From Dictyostelium discoideum (lineage: Eukaryota), in contig CM000153.2 of the NCBI GenBank assembly GCA_000004695.1, positions 3,488,001-3,552,000 on the forward strand: a stretch of 64,000 nucleotides of DNA. Reading direction: 5' to 3'. The notes below the pieces were generated by a model. The model did not search any database and had not been told where the DNA came from. It saw nothing but the letters and a program-made list of their open reading frames with translations. Positions 41,074 to 55,229 of this stretch are shown in pieces (the first letter of the stretch is position 1; each line of letters starts with the position of its first letter). The position numbers and the translations under genes were made by a program.

Positions 41074-41671
41074 ATTGGATGACAGAATAATAAGGTGAGG
41101 TCATTTTATTATTTTTTTTTTTATTTTTTATTTTTTTATTTTTTTTTTGTGGGGTTGATGTAAGATTTTGAAAATAAAACAATACTACAAGTAAAAAAAA
41201 AAAAAAAAAAACAATATTTAATCTGAATTAATGATTTTCTTATAAAATATTGCTATTTTCTTCTGTATATATGATTGTCTCGATAAACAGAGATAAAATT
41301 TTTATTTGAATAAACAACACAAAAAAAATAAAAAATAAAAAAAAAAGATTATCAAAAATAAAAAATAAAAAAATAAAAAAAAACAAATAAATAAATTACA
41401 AAATAATTTGAAAAATTAAAAAAAATATGGGCTTAATGATTTTATATGATGATCCCATATTTTTTTTTTTTTTTTTTTTTCTATTTCTTTTTTTTTTTTT
41501 TTATATATATGATTACAATTTGAATTTGGTACTTTTAATTTATTTATTTTTTGAAAAAAGAACAATTAAGTGATGTAAAAAAATTCAAATAAAGCTTACC
41601 TCTAAATAATTTATATTTCACAAAATTAACTTGAAATTTTTTTTTTTCTTTTTTTTTTATAAATAATATAA

Positions 41672-41714
<43 letters not shown>

Positions 41715-41899
41715 AAACTGGGTTTAATATATGTCCAAATATAAAAAAAAAAAAAATTTGATTGGAATATTAATAAATAAATATATATATATAACTGTGA
41801 TGTGCACGAAAATGTAACAACTATTTTGTTTTTTTTTTTTAATTTTAATTATATTTTTAATTTTGGGATTTAATTTAATTAAATTAAATTTGGTTTTAT

Positions 41900-41951
<52 letters not shown>

Positions 41952-42773
41952 CTAGATTTGTTTTAATGTATGAATAAATAAATCGAAATAATTATTAAAA
42001 ATATTTTCAAATAAATTAACTGAATGATGTTTTTTGTTTTGGTTAGGTTTTTTTTTTTTTTTTTTTTTTTTTTTGATTTTAAATATATATGGATTAATTA
42101 GGAAATTAATTTTTGTATTTAATGTACAATGAATGTTGTAGTTTAAAATTTAATAAATGAAAATAATAATTTAAAAAAGAAAAAAAAAAATGGTAATGTG
42201 CAGATAAAAAAATTAAATTTTATTTGTATTATTATTTTTATTTTTTTTTTTTTTTTATTTTTTTTTTTTAGTGTGTTGCTGAAAAAAACAAAGATATATC
42301 GTATCTTTTTAGGAAGTTATCTTTTGGATAATAATTTTATATTATAATTATTTTAAAATAATTTGAATCAATTTTTACTTGTGAAATAATAGCAACAAAT
42401 ATACTATGATATTTTTAAATTTGAAAGAAAAAAAAATTAAAAAAAAAAAAAAAAAAAAACAATAATAAAAATAATAATAATATTAATAATAAAAATATTA
42501 TTAATAATCCACACAAATTCACCCTTAAATACGGGTAATGGGAAAAATAACAATATTGAATTCACTATTGAATTTAACGATACTAGTAAAATAAAAGGTT
42601 ACATTTCTATCACCTTACTGAGATAATTAAAATATAATTTTTTTAATGGGAGAGATTGAGAAATTGTGAGTAAGTGAAATTATATATATTGTGGTAGAGT
42701 AGTGGTAGTAGTAGTAGTGGTAGTGGTGGTGGTAGTGGTAAGTTGGTGGGTGGGTGAATTTATTTTTTTAGTT

Positions 42774-42808
<35 letters not shown>

Positions 42809-43316
42809 TGAACAAATTTTACACTCACCCTCTGAACCTAACACACACACACATTTCAAAAGACCCACATAATGAGATTTATCTATCATATTAAATTTTT
42901 TTCCAATGTATTTAACAGCAACCAATATTAATAATAATAATAATAATAATATTAATTATAATAAAAAAAATAAAAAAATAATATAAATCTACAAAAGTTG
43001 AAAATTTTCAAATCCCACTGTTTTTACATTAAAGTTGGTACCATTAATGACGGATTTGTTTGATTTTTCTAATTTAGAAAATTGCCATTATAATTATTAT
43101 TATAACATCATTTTTTAATTTAACAATAAAATTGTTTATATATATATTTATATAAAAATTATTAAAAACACATCATAACACCATTTCGTTAAAACACAAA
43201 AATTTATAATTTTAATTATTATTATTATTTCATTTAATTTTTCAATTTTTTTTATTCAAAATTTTATTACATATGCATATTTAATTAGCAAATTCAAGAA
43301 AAAAAGCCCCGCATTA

Positions 43317-43351
<35 letters not shown>

Positions 43352-43931
43352 TACTATTTTTTATATTCACAATTTGCCCTTTTAATAATCAATATATACT
43401 AATATATATCGTAATAATAACTGATTTTTTTAAAAACAATGGTGTATCAATGATGATATATTGTGGGTATGTGGGAAGATAGATTAATTAATTATTTAAC
43501 CCATTTTTTAAAATTAAAAATAAAGATTTATCAAAAAAAAAAAAAAAAAAAGTGTATAAAAAAAAAAAAATAATAAAAAATAATAATAATAATAATAATA
43601 AAAATAATAATTATAATAAAAAAAAAATATTAATTTTATTTCCAAATTATTTCATATTAATATTTGGAATTATCACATATATAATGACATTATGTTTTTA
43701 TTATTTTGAATTTAATTTTTTATTTTATTTTATTTTTTTTTATTTTATTTTTTTTTTTAATTATTAATTAAATAAATAAATACATATAATTATTTATTTT
43801 TAATTTATTTTTTATTTTTTATTTTTATTTTTATTTTTTTGTTATTGTTAATTTTTTATTTTTTATTTTTTTTTTTTATTTTTATTTTTTTTTATTTTAA
43901 TTTTTATTTTTATTTTTATTTTTGTATCTAT

Positions 43932-44234
43932 CTACATTTGAATTGATGATGATTTATTATCTGGGTTACTTGAAAGTGTATGATTGTAAATCATGGAAAT
44001 AATATCAGTTATTGTTATAATACCAATAGGTTTTCCACCTTCAACTAAATGAACTCTATGAATTTGATTATTTAAAAATATATTGAATAATTCTGATAAT
44101 TTTGTAGATTTATCACATGTTATTGGTGGTCTTTCTTCAACATACATTTTTAATGGTAATGATAATTTATCTAAATTTGATGATGCATACTTTTTTTTTT
44201 TTTTCAAATAAATAAATTTAAAATTTAAAAATTA

Positions 44235-44312
<78 letters not shown>

Positions 44313-45242
44313 TAAAATAAAATTAAATAATAATAAAGATAAAAAAAAAGTTAATATCATTAATAACTGATTTATTTTTTTTTTTTTTTTTTTTTTTTTT
44401 ATTATTTTTAAAAAAAAAAAATACAAACTTTTAAATCATGAATTGAAATATTACCAACTATTTGATTTTTATCATTAACAATTGGCATACCATAAATTTT
44501 ATATTTTTGAATTAATTGAAATGCTTTAAAGACAGGTTCGGTATCAAGGATTGAATGTACTTTTGAGAAGGAATGAAGGTTGTAAGTACGATCTAAAGAG
44601 ATGATATCCTTATTTTTCATATCACCAAATTCATGAGCATTATCTTTAAACCATTTCAAAATTGATAATTGAGTAATCATTTCAATTTGTTTCTTTTCAT
44701 TTAAAATGAATGCTCTATGAACACCGGTATCAAAGTATTTCAAAAGTTGAAGAACTGATGATTTCTTATCCAATATCGTGAATGGGAATAACTCCATATC
44801 GGTTATTGAACTTTCGACGTAATCACCAGTTGGTGGGAATGGTAATTTATAAAGTATATAACTTAAAAAATGTTTTAAATCACAAATTCCAATAAATTTC
44901 TCTTTTTTTGAATCATAAACTGGTGCTGATAATTGGTCAATTATAACCTATACATAAATTATTAATATAAATAAAATGAAATAAAAAATTTTAAAATTAA
45001 TAATTTTATAATTAATATAAATAATTATAATTATAATTATAATTATAATAAAATAATTTTACATTAAAACCATCTTCAATTGAAATATTTGTATCTAAAA
45101 TTTGAACTTTTTGTAATTCTAATGTTGATGTTGAAATTGGTTGTAATAGGAAATGTAAAGGATTTTTCATTGTAATTATTTTTTCTGAACTACATTTTCG
45201 CATTCCATAATTTGATTGAGATTTTTTATCTGTTGCTGACAT
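43932..45242 (-). CDS. prkag: 5'-AMP-activated protein kinase gamma (CBS-domain) subunit, about 318 aa. Three exons: 45242..45063, 44947..44429, 44189..43932.
   Basis: The spliced product is ...KVQILDTNISIEDGFN|VIIDQLSAPVYDSKKEKFIGICDLKHFLSYIL...GVHRAFILNE...IYGMPIVNDKNQIVGNISIHDLK|YASSNL...IHRVHLVEGGKPIGIITITDIISMI. It aligns with the metazoan AMPK-gamma blocks [45 protein letters not shown] and VHRLVVVDE..VKGIVSLSDIL. Donors are AAT|GTAAAA and AAA|GTTTGT. The intron 44190-44428 contains an (ATT)n repeat. The last acceptor, aaaaaAG|TAT, follows an A-run and is less certain. Confidence 0.75.
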
Positions 45243-45547
45243 TTTTAAATGATTGTTAAAAAAAAAAATTAATTGAACTTAAATATATATATGTTTGTGT
45301 AAATATGAGTGAGTCTTTGTGATATTTAAAAATATAAAAAAAAAAAAAATAATAAAATTAAACAAAAATAAAAATTAAAATTAAAAAAAAAAAAAAGATA
45401 AAATAAGTTTATTTAATTTAGGGAGATCTACAAAAATTCAACTTCCAATTTTAGTAAAATTATTACATAAATCTCATTTCATAATTTTTTTTTTTTATTT
45501 TTGTTTTTTTTTTTTTTAATTAAAAATTAAAAACAAAAATAAATATC

Positions 45548-45579
<32 letters not shown>

Positions 45580-45627
45580 CCAAAAGTTTCAAAAAAGGAA
45601 ATAAAATATTAAAAAAATTTTTAATTT

Positions 45628-45665
<38 letters not shown>

Positions 45666-45870
45666 AAGGAAAAAATTGTTTTTTAAAAGCAAAAAATAAA
45701 AATTTTATTTTTTTTTTTTTTTTTTTTTTTAATTAAATTTTTTTTTTTTTTTTTTTTTTTTTAAAGTTAATGATCATCGAAAATAAATAATAATAATAAT
45801 AACAAAAATAATAATTTATGAATATATTTTATAAAATATAAATCATTTAAAATAAAATTAAAAAAAAAAA

Positions 45871-46521
45871 ATGAAAAGGATAATAACAATAATAAATTAT
45901 TTATTTTTAATTTTATTATTATTATTATTATCATTCATAAATTTAACATTTTCATTTAATATTGTAAATATAGAAGATTTTAAAATTGTAAATAATAATG
46001 AAAATTTAAATTATATATTCCCAAAACCAAAATTTGTAACATTTCAAGCATCAAGAGGTGATCCAAAGAATATAAACGAATTTGATGCAAAAAGACCTTT
46101 TATAGAATTAACAAACGAAACGAAAATTAAATTTCAAAATGATGAAAAATCATCATCATCATCACAAAATAAAAAACATTGGAATGAAAATGATATAGAA
46201 CATATTAAAAAATATTATCAATATTTATTTAAAGTTTATCCAATTAGAGAACAATCAAATATATTTAAAGATATAATAATTAATAATAAAAATAACTATG
46301 AGAATACCACTGGTACGACCTACACAATTGAAATCATTAAAACTCCAACTCTATCTGAAAAAGATTATAAATCAACACACAAAAATACAATCCCATTTGG
46401 GTCAAATGAAAACTACGAACTCCTATCATCACAATATGGTATTACAATTTATGTAAATTCAAAATTTGGTGTTTTACATGCACTAAAATCATTATTTCAA
46501 TCTGGTAATTTAGTTTTATCA

Positions 46522-46582
<61 letters not shown>

Positions 46583-47958
46583 GAATTAAGAAATTATATT
46601 TTTATAATTATCCATTTTCAATTGTTGATAAACCAAGATTAAATTATCGTGGTCTTTTAATTGATACTGGTAGACATTATCTAAGTGTAGAATATATTAA
46701 GGAAATCATTACATCAATGTCATTATTAAAAATGAATGCTTTACATTGGCATATAACTGATGATCAATCATTCCCATTAGAAATACCTGAATATCCATTA
46801 CTTTATAGAAAAGGTTCAAATCATTTAGGTTATATACATAATTTTATTTCAACAACAACAACAAGCAATAATAATAAAACAAATGAAGAAGAACAAAAAA
46901 AACAAAAACAACATTTAAATTATTATAAATTAAGAGACATTAAAGAGATTATTAAACATGGTGAATTTATGGGTGTTAGAATTATACCAGAGATTGATTT
47001 ACCAGGTCATACATTATCATGGGGTAAAGCATATCCGGAATTGGTTTGTTCATGTCCAAATTATTTAGAAAAGAGAAGAAATCCAATAAATGGTGAATAT
47101 ACATTCTCTGCACCATTAGATCCATCAAATGATTTAGTTTACACTATGATTGAATCAATTTTAAAAACTGTTAAATCAGTATTCACTGATCCATACCTAC
47201 ATTTAGGATTTGATGAAATTCCATTTGATTGTTGGATTGAAAATTCAGAATTAGTAACTAAAATGTTTCAAAAATATAATTTATCATCACCTTCAAAATA
47301 TTTATCTTTTTTTTTAAAAAAAGTTAATCAAATTTTATCAAATTTAAAAACAAATAATAATGATAATTCAATATTAATGTGGGAAGATATTATACCAATG
47401 TTAGATTCAATTGATCAAGATGAATATTTATTAAATAATGATGATGATGATAAACGAGATATAATATTTCAATTATGGAAAGGTAGAGATGAATATGATA
47501 GATTCTTATTAAAAAATAAGAAACCATTTATTTATAGTTTTGGTAATTATTTAGATCCATCATATCAATCATGTAATACATTCTCTGAATGTTTATTTAA
47601 ACAACAAGAATTAATTGAAGAATTTGAAAAGAGTAAATTATTAATTGGTATGGAAGCTTGTGCTTGGGAGATGATACCATATGGTGATATTAAATCAATT
47701 GAAAAAGATGGTATCTCAAAACATGATAGAGGTTATCCCGATAGAGTTTGGTCAAGATTATTAGGTATCGCTGAGAAAATGTGGTTTAAACCAATCTTTT
47801 CTTTCAATGAAACTGAAAATAAACAATTAACCCAATCAATTAAAGATCAAATTAAAGAAAACTCAATTACACGTGCAAAATATTTTATTAAAATTTTAGA
47901 TTTAATCATTCAAAATCAAAATTTAATTGATTCTTCAAAATTAAATAAAATTATTTAA
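45871..47958 (+). CDS. Glycoside hydrolase family 20 beta-N-acetylhexosaminidase, secreted or lysosomal, 695 aa.
   Basis: Signal peptide MKRIITIINYLFLILLLLLLSFINLTFS. GH20 motifs: RGLLIDTGRHY, HWHITDDQSFP, EIDLPGHT, HLGFDEI. A poly-N insertion is present. Confidence 0.9.
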
Positions 47959-48199
47959 AAATAAAATAAAATAAAAAAAAAAAAATAAAAAAAAAAATTT
48001 TCTCATTATTATTGTTATTAATAAAACAATTTGAGATATTTTTTTTTTTTTTTAAAAATCTTTTTTTTATTTTTTTTTTGTATTTCTTTTTTTTGTATTT
48101 TTTTGTATTTTTTTTTATTTTTTTTTTTTTATTCTTCTTTCTCTTCTTTGGTTGTGTGTTATTTAAATCTTTTTTTTTTTTATTATTATTTTTTTTTTT

Positions 48200-49509
48200 T
48201 TAAAATGATGATGAATTTCCAGAACCAATCTTATATGCAACTACAGTGGTATGATCCATTTTACCTGGATATTCTCTATAATCATTTGGTTGTTTTTTAT
48301 TTGGGAACTAAAAAAAAATAATAATAATAAAGAGGTAGAAAAAAAAAAAAAATTTGGTTAGTAATTTTGAGTTTTTTTTTTTTTTTTTTTTTTTGATTTA
48401 AAAAAAAAAGTATAGTTTACCTCTTGCATAAATTCTCTAGCATTTTTAGTAACAGTTGAACAATGATCAATAATTTTATTTGTGATATCAGTTGGAGAAA
48501 TTTTTTCATCAGGATTATTAAAGATCATTTCTTCGAGTAATGATTTCATGAATTGAGTTTTAGCACGTAATAAATCATCTTGAGGAAGATCTTCCCAACC
48601 TTTAGCGTCAATGTTTACTTCATCAGGCGTTTTACCTAACATTATTGGATCCAAATTATCATGAACACCATCGGAAACGATTAATGCTATATCATTCTCT
48701 TCGCAAAATGTAAAGTATAATTTCAAATTTCTAAGATCAGGCCAACCTTGACCAACGTATGGTCCTAATCTTCCACCTGGGTCTCTTGTATCACTTAAAT
48801 TACATCTATTACCATTGGTTACATCTGTTGCTTCCTTACGTTTATGTGATACTAAAAAAGCTTTACAATCACCTACACTAGCGCATAAGAATCCCCATTT
48901 TGGTGATGATTGATTACCACTACTACCACTACCATTACCATTACCATTACCATTACTACTACCACTACCATTGCTAATAACTTCTTCCCCATTTTCATCT
49001 TTATTTGATGAAGATGATGATGAAGGTTGTTGTTGTTGTTGTTCAAATTCCAATACTAAACCACCTAATAAAGTTGTTGTACCTGCTTCCCAAATATCAG
49101 GTTTACCCTCTACAATTTTATTATGAGCTTCACAAAATGCTCTCAATAGGAAATGACCTGCATCTTGTAGTGTATTGATTTCATTTTGTCTTTCGTTGAA
49201 ATACTCTGCAAAGGCTGCAATTGCATCCCTTGCTGCCATTGCTGGTCTTTTACCCCAATTACAGCCATCTGCGATCGCTAATACTGCCCTATTTTTATGT
49301 ACTTGAACGAATAATTTATCTGCTATCGGATCACCATCTTTTTCACCTCCAGGTAGTGTTGGATAGGTACTGATTGAACGGGTTGATAAAAATGGTTGAT
49401 CCGAATCACTATCGACTTGAATTGATTGAGTTGAACTCTTTAAATTGGTAACATTGAAATGTGGTAATTGATCATATTGTAATACAACAATTGGCACACC
49501 TAACGTCAT
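48200..49509 (-). CDS. PPM/PP2C-like phosphatase-fold protein, about 398 aa. Two exons: 49509..48421 and 48307..48200.
   Basis: PPM-like blocks LAIADGCNWG, EAGTTTLLGG, LCASVGDCKAFLV and ALIVSDGVHDNLDP. The ORF would otherwise run into a poly-A tract, but a donor GAG|GTAAAC at 48420 and the acceptor tttttttAG|TTC at 48308 give a clean 35-aa terminal exon (FPNKKQPNDYREYPGKMDHTTVVAYKIGSGNSSSF*). It is convergent with the hexosaminidase gene, about 240 bp between stops. Confidence 0.6.
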
Positions 49510-49553
49510 TTTTTTATTTTATATATAAAATTTATTGATTTCTATCTGTGTTT

Positions 49554-49584
<31 letters not shown>

Positions 49585-49963
49585 GGTTTTACTATTATAA
49601 TACAATATATATATTTATTTATTTATGTGGTGTGTGTTTTTTTTTTTTTTTTGATTTGATAAAAAAAATTTCTTTTTTTTTTTTTTTTTTAAATTATTTA
49701 ATGTAGAAAAGAAATAAAAAAAAAAAAAATAGTTAGTTTTTTTTTTCTTCCTTTAATCTCTAATTAGACTACTATTTTTACAAAATTTATATAATTATAT
49801 ATAAATAACTATTTTAACAACGACAACCAACAACTTTTTTGTTGTTTTTTTTTTTTTTTTATTATTGGTTTAATAAAAAAAAAAAAATTAAAAAAAAAAA
49901 AAAAAAAATTCAAAAAAAAAAAAAAAAAAAAAATTTTAAAAAAAAAATTCAAAAAAAAAAAAT

Positions 49964-50009
<46 letters not shown>

Positions 50010-51191
50010 TTTTAATGGATTTTAGTTAAAACCTAGGTTTTAAGTTTTCAATGATATTTTTTCCTTGGTCATTTTTAAAAAATTTATTCATTGTTGAATA
50101 ATTATATTTATTGAATTAATTAATTAAAACAGAAAAAAAAAAAATAATAATAATAATAATAAAAAGAATAAATAAAAAAAAAAAATAAAAAAAAAAAAAA
50201 ACAAAAAAAAGAGATAATTTGTTGTGTGAAAATCGTAATCTTTTAAAAGATATTCGTTGTAAATTTTCCCTGAAATTTTTAAAATTGTTGGATTAAAAAA
50301 AGAAGATATTTGCAATAATTTTTTTTTTTTTTTTTTTTTTTATTTTTTTTTTATTTTTTTTTTTTTTTGACAACCCAAATACATTATTGGATTCTTACCA
50401 AAAAAAAAAATAATTATTGAAAAAATAATAATAATAATTTTTTACTTGGCCAAATTGATGGGTTAGCAATAAATATTGGTGTTGTCAGTTGGTCAATCCT
50501 TTTTTTTTTTTTTTATTTTTATTTATTTTTTATTTTTTATTTTTTTTTTTTTTTTTCACAATTTCCATATCAACCAAATAATGACTATTCAAAAATAATT
50601 CAAAAAAAAACATCAACAGTTGTCAATGAAATAGATAGTAGCAGGAAGAGTGATTGCTTTTAAAAAAAAAAAAAAAAAAAAAAGAAAATAATAAATAAAT
50701 AAATAAATTTTAAATAAAAAAATAAAAATAAATAAAATATATAAAGTATTTATATAAATATATAAAAAAAACTAAACAAAAAAACAAAACAATTTACAAT
50801 AATTGATTTCCTATTATTTTGTTTATTTTTTTTTTTTATAGCTTTTATTTTTTTTCTAAACAGTTTTTTTTTTTTTTTTAACAGTTTTTTTTTAATTTAA
50901 TAACCAAATTAAAAATAATAATAAAAAAAAAAAAAAGAAGATTATTTTATTTATTTTTAGTGCAGATAAAATATCTAATTTTATTAAATTTTAATTAAAA
51001 TAAAAAAAATTAAAAAAAATAATAATTAAAATTTGATGTTAATTAATATAAATTAAATTGATTATTTGAATTAATTTTATAATTCTCCACAAATATTCCT
51101 AAATAATATAAAATAAGGTTAAAATTTTGAAAATTTTTGGAATTGAGCAATTAGGGACTGGCGCTGGATTTTTAGTAAAACAAAGAGAAGG

Positions 51192-51222
<31 letters not shown>

Positions 51223-52349
51223 GGGGGGGCAATGAAAATTGCGTGAAAAGATATTTTTTCAGTCAAAAATATTTTTTAGTTTGCTTCAAAAAAAGTTTTT
51301 ATTTGTATTTTCTCAAAAACAAGTTGATATTGATTTTCTACTTTTTTTTTGATTTTTTTTTATTTTGATTGACATTGTTTACCATTTTGTTTATATATTT
51401 TTTTTTTTTTTTTTTTTTGTTTAATTTTATTTTATTTATTTTTTTTATTTATTTTTTTTATTTCATTTAATTTTTATTTATTTTTTTTTTTTTTTTATTT
51501 TGCAAAGAGACAAAAAAAAAAAAAAAAAACCACTGCAAAACAGATTTTTTTTTTCAGTTTTCGTGCGATATTTATTATCTTCCAATCAGCTGATTGAAAA
51601 AAAAAAAAAATAAAAAAAAATAAAAAAAAAATATATTTTATGGTGAGGGGTTCAATTTTTTTTTATCGTCTTAAAAAAAAACTCGTTTTTAGTCTATAAA
51701 AAGATCTGTAAACAGGTTGATTATGTGAAAAAAAAAAAAAAAAAAACTATTATTCGCTAACTCATTGAGAGCTATCACAAAAAATCTGATTGATTTTTTA
51801 GTTTCTTTTTTTAAATTTTTTTTTTTTTTTTTTTTTTTTTCTCTCTTTTTTTTTCTTTTATTTTTTTTTTATTTTTTTTTTAATTTTTTTTTTTCTTTTG
51901 TTCAAAATAACCAAAAATTTTTATCATATTAATCGTCTAAATAATCTTAAAAAATATTTATTTATTTATTTAAAATATAATTAAAAATAATAATAAAATA
52001 AAATAAAATAAAAAATAATAATAATAATAATAATAATATAAATAAATAATTTTAACTTTAAATTCATTTAATTTTTTTTTTTTGATTAAATTTTCATTTT
52101 AAAAGGTAAAAACACAAAAAAGTTAAACTCCGTTTTTGGTATTTTTTTATTATTTTTTTATTTTTTTTTTCTATTATTCTTTTTATTATTGTTTTTTTTT
52201 TTTTATTATTATTATTTTTTTTTTTTTTTTCCTTTCTTTGATTACTGAAATAATCATGTGATAAAGAAAAATAATATTTTTTTTTTTTTTTTATTTTTTT
52301 TTTTTACTTTTTTCTTTTAAAAAAACATTATGAAAATAAAAATAATAAA

Positions 52350-52380
<31 letters not shown>

Positions 52381-53097
52381 TTCTATATTTAGAACATTTG
52401 ACTGTCACATAATCGTATTATTTTTATCAACACACTTCACACAAACACATAAATAAATTAATATTAAAAAAAAAAAAAATAATAATATAATAATAATAAA
52501 AATAAATAAATAAACAAGCTATGATATTATTGATAGTGAGCTTTGTTCAAAAATATTTATTTTTATATTATTTATATATATATATATTATATATATATAT
52601 ATAAATATAAATAAATAAATAAATAAATAAATAAAAAATACTATTTTTAATCTAAAAAAAAAATAAATAAATAAAAAAAAAAAAAATAAATGAAAAAAAA
52701 AAACCAACAACCAACTTCAAATAAATTAAACTGTTTTTAAAAAAGGAAGAAATACAAAACAACATTTTTTCCAAATTTAATTATTTTTTTTTTTGTTATT
52801 TTTTCAATCATTTTAACCCACCGTGTATTTTAGTATCATAAAACACACCAACCACCACACACAAGTATACTATTACTACACCACCACACGTTGTTTTTTT
52901 AATTACATTATATATAAAAAAAAATTATGCTATTTATATATACAAATATACAATAATATTTTTTTTTTTATTTTATTTTTTTTTTTAATTCTTTTTTTTT
53001 AAATTTTTAATTTTTTATTTTTTTTTTCTTTTATTCACTTTTTTTTTTTTTCCACTTTTTTTTTTTTTTTTTTTTTTATAAAGAAAACATACTAACC

Positions 53098-53132
<35 letters not shown>

Positions 53133-53731
53133 ACAATAAACAATCAAATAACACAAATACATATAATTTAAATTCAAAAAAAATAATAGAATTAAATACA
53201 GTAATTTTTTTTGTATTTTTATATCTATCATTCATACTTTAAAAAAAAAAAAACGAGTGTAAGCTTTTTTTATTTTTTTTTAAAAAATCTTTTTTTTTTT
53301 TTTTTATTTTTTTTTTATTTTTTTTTTATTTTTTTTTTTTTTTTGATTTTTTGTTTTATTTTTATTTTTTTTTTTTTTTATTTTTTTTTATTTTATTTTA
53401 TTATAAATATTAATATCTTCTGTAGCTTTAAATATATAGCCTTACTAAAAAAAAAAAAAATAAAATAAAATAAAAAAAATAAAATAAAATAAAAAATTGT
53501 ACAACAACCAAACATTCAACACACAACAAAATAAAATAAAATAAATCTTATATAGTAATCTTTTAATTCAAATATTAAAAATAAATAAATAAATAATAAT
53601 AATAATCCATAGAACATTTTAAAAAATAAAATAAAATAAAATCAAACAAACAATAACATATACTTTTAACCTTAAACAAATTGCAACTTATTTCAGCCTA
53701 TTTAAAATATATATATAAATAAATCAAAAAA

Positions 53732-54274
53732 ATGAGATTCAAGTGTTTTGGATCAGAAGAAACTGAACAAAGTTCAAAAATCGATAAAAGTATCGAAACA
53801 GATAGAAGAAAACTTAGAAAAGATGTAAAATTATTATTATTAGGTCCAGGTGAATCTGGTAAATCAACTATTTTTAAACAAATGAAGATCATTCAAGAAG
53901 ATGGTGGTTATAGTGTTGAAGAACTTTTAGAATATCGTGCATTCGTTTATTCAAATTGTATCAGTCAAATGGAAGCATTATTAACTGCATCTGCAAAATT
54001 AAATATTGAATTAGAAGTTGAAAATAAAGTAAGTTTTTATTTTATTTTTAGATTCGATTTAAATTTAAATAAAATATATTAATATATTTTTATTTTTTAT
54101 TTTTTATTTTTTATTTTTAGCAAAGAGCAGCAAATGTACTTCGTAGAACTATTGGTAATGAACCATGGTTATTATTAGCAGCTGATATTAAACACCTTTG
54201 GGAAGATAAAGGTATTAAAGAAACATATGCACAAAAAGATAAACATTTCCAATTAAACGATTCTGCTGCTTAGT

Positions 54275-54314
<40 letters not shown>

Positions 54315-54967
54315 ACCCACACACACATTGTGTAATTTTTAATTTATTAATTAATTTTTTTTAAATTTATTTTTATAGTTTCTTTGATAATATAGATAGA
54401 TATATGAGAGAAGATTTTGTACCAAATGAACAAGATGTTTTGAGATGTCGTGTTAGAACTACTGGTATACAAGAATCAGAATTTACATTTGATAAGATTA
54501 GATTAAAGATTGTAGATGTCGGTGGTCAAAGATCTCAAAGAAGAAAATGGATTCATTGTTTCGATTGTGTTACAGCAGTTATTTTCGTTGCCGCTATGAG
54601 CGATTACGATCAAGTACTTAGAGAAGATGAATCTGTAAATAGAACTAGAGAATCCTTAGCCTTATTCAAAGAGATTGTAAATTGTGATTACTTTAAAGAG
54701 ACACCAATCGTGTTATTCCTCAACAAGAAGGATCTTTTCAAGGAAAAATTAAAGAGAGTACCACTCCAATCTTGTTTCTCTGATTACACTGGTCCAAATA
54801 AATATAAAGATGCTGCCATGTTCATTCAATCACAATATCTTGCACAAGGTCCTTCACCACGTACTATCTATACTCATGCCACTTGTGCTGTCGATACTGA
54901 AAATATTAAATTTGTATTCAGAGCAGTTAGACAAACAATTTTATCTCAAGCTTTAGAACACTTCTAA
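53732..54967 (+). CDS. gpaD: Heterotrimeric G-protein alpha subunit, 345 aa. Three exons: 53732..54028, 54121..54272, 54379..54967.
   Basis: The spliced translation MRFKCFGSEETEQSSK...KLLLLGPGESGKSTIFKQMKIIQ...|QRAANVLRR...LNDSAAY|FFDNIDRY...RTTGIQESEFTF...VDVGGQRSQRRKWIHCFD...FLNKKDLF...TCAVDTENIKFVF contains all G1-G5 boxes. Donors are aaa|GTAAGT and ta|GTAAGT; acceptors are ttttAG|CAA and tttatAG|T. I believe the N-terminus matches Dictyostelium Galpha4, but the paralogue assignment is from memory. Confidence 0.9.
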
Positions 54968-55181
54968 AATAATCAATAGTAATCAAAAAAAACTAAAAAA
55001 AAAAAAATCAAAAAAAAAAAAAAAAAAAAACAACAACCCCCCCCTTCCAAGAAACAAAAGAATCAAAACAAACCTTGTAATAATACGAATAGTATTTATT
55101 TCAAAATTCTTTTTTTTTCCCGAACCAAAAAGCTAATCTACGTATCTCTCTTCAACGCCAACCTCAATATAAAGAAAACTT

Positions 55182-55229
<48 letters not shown>

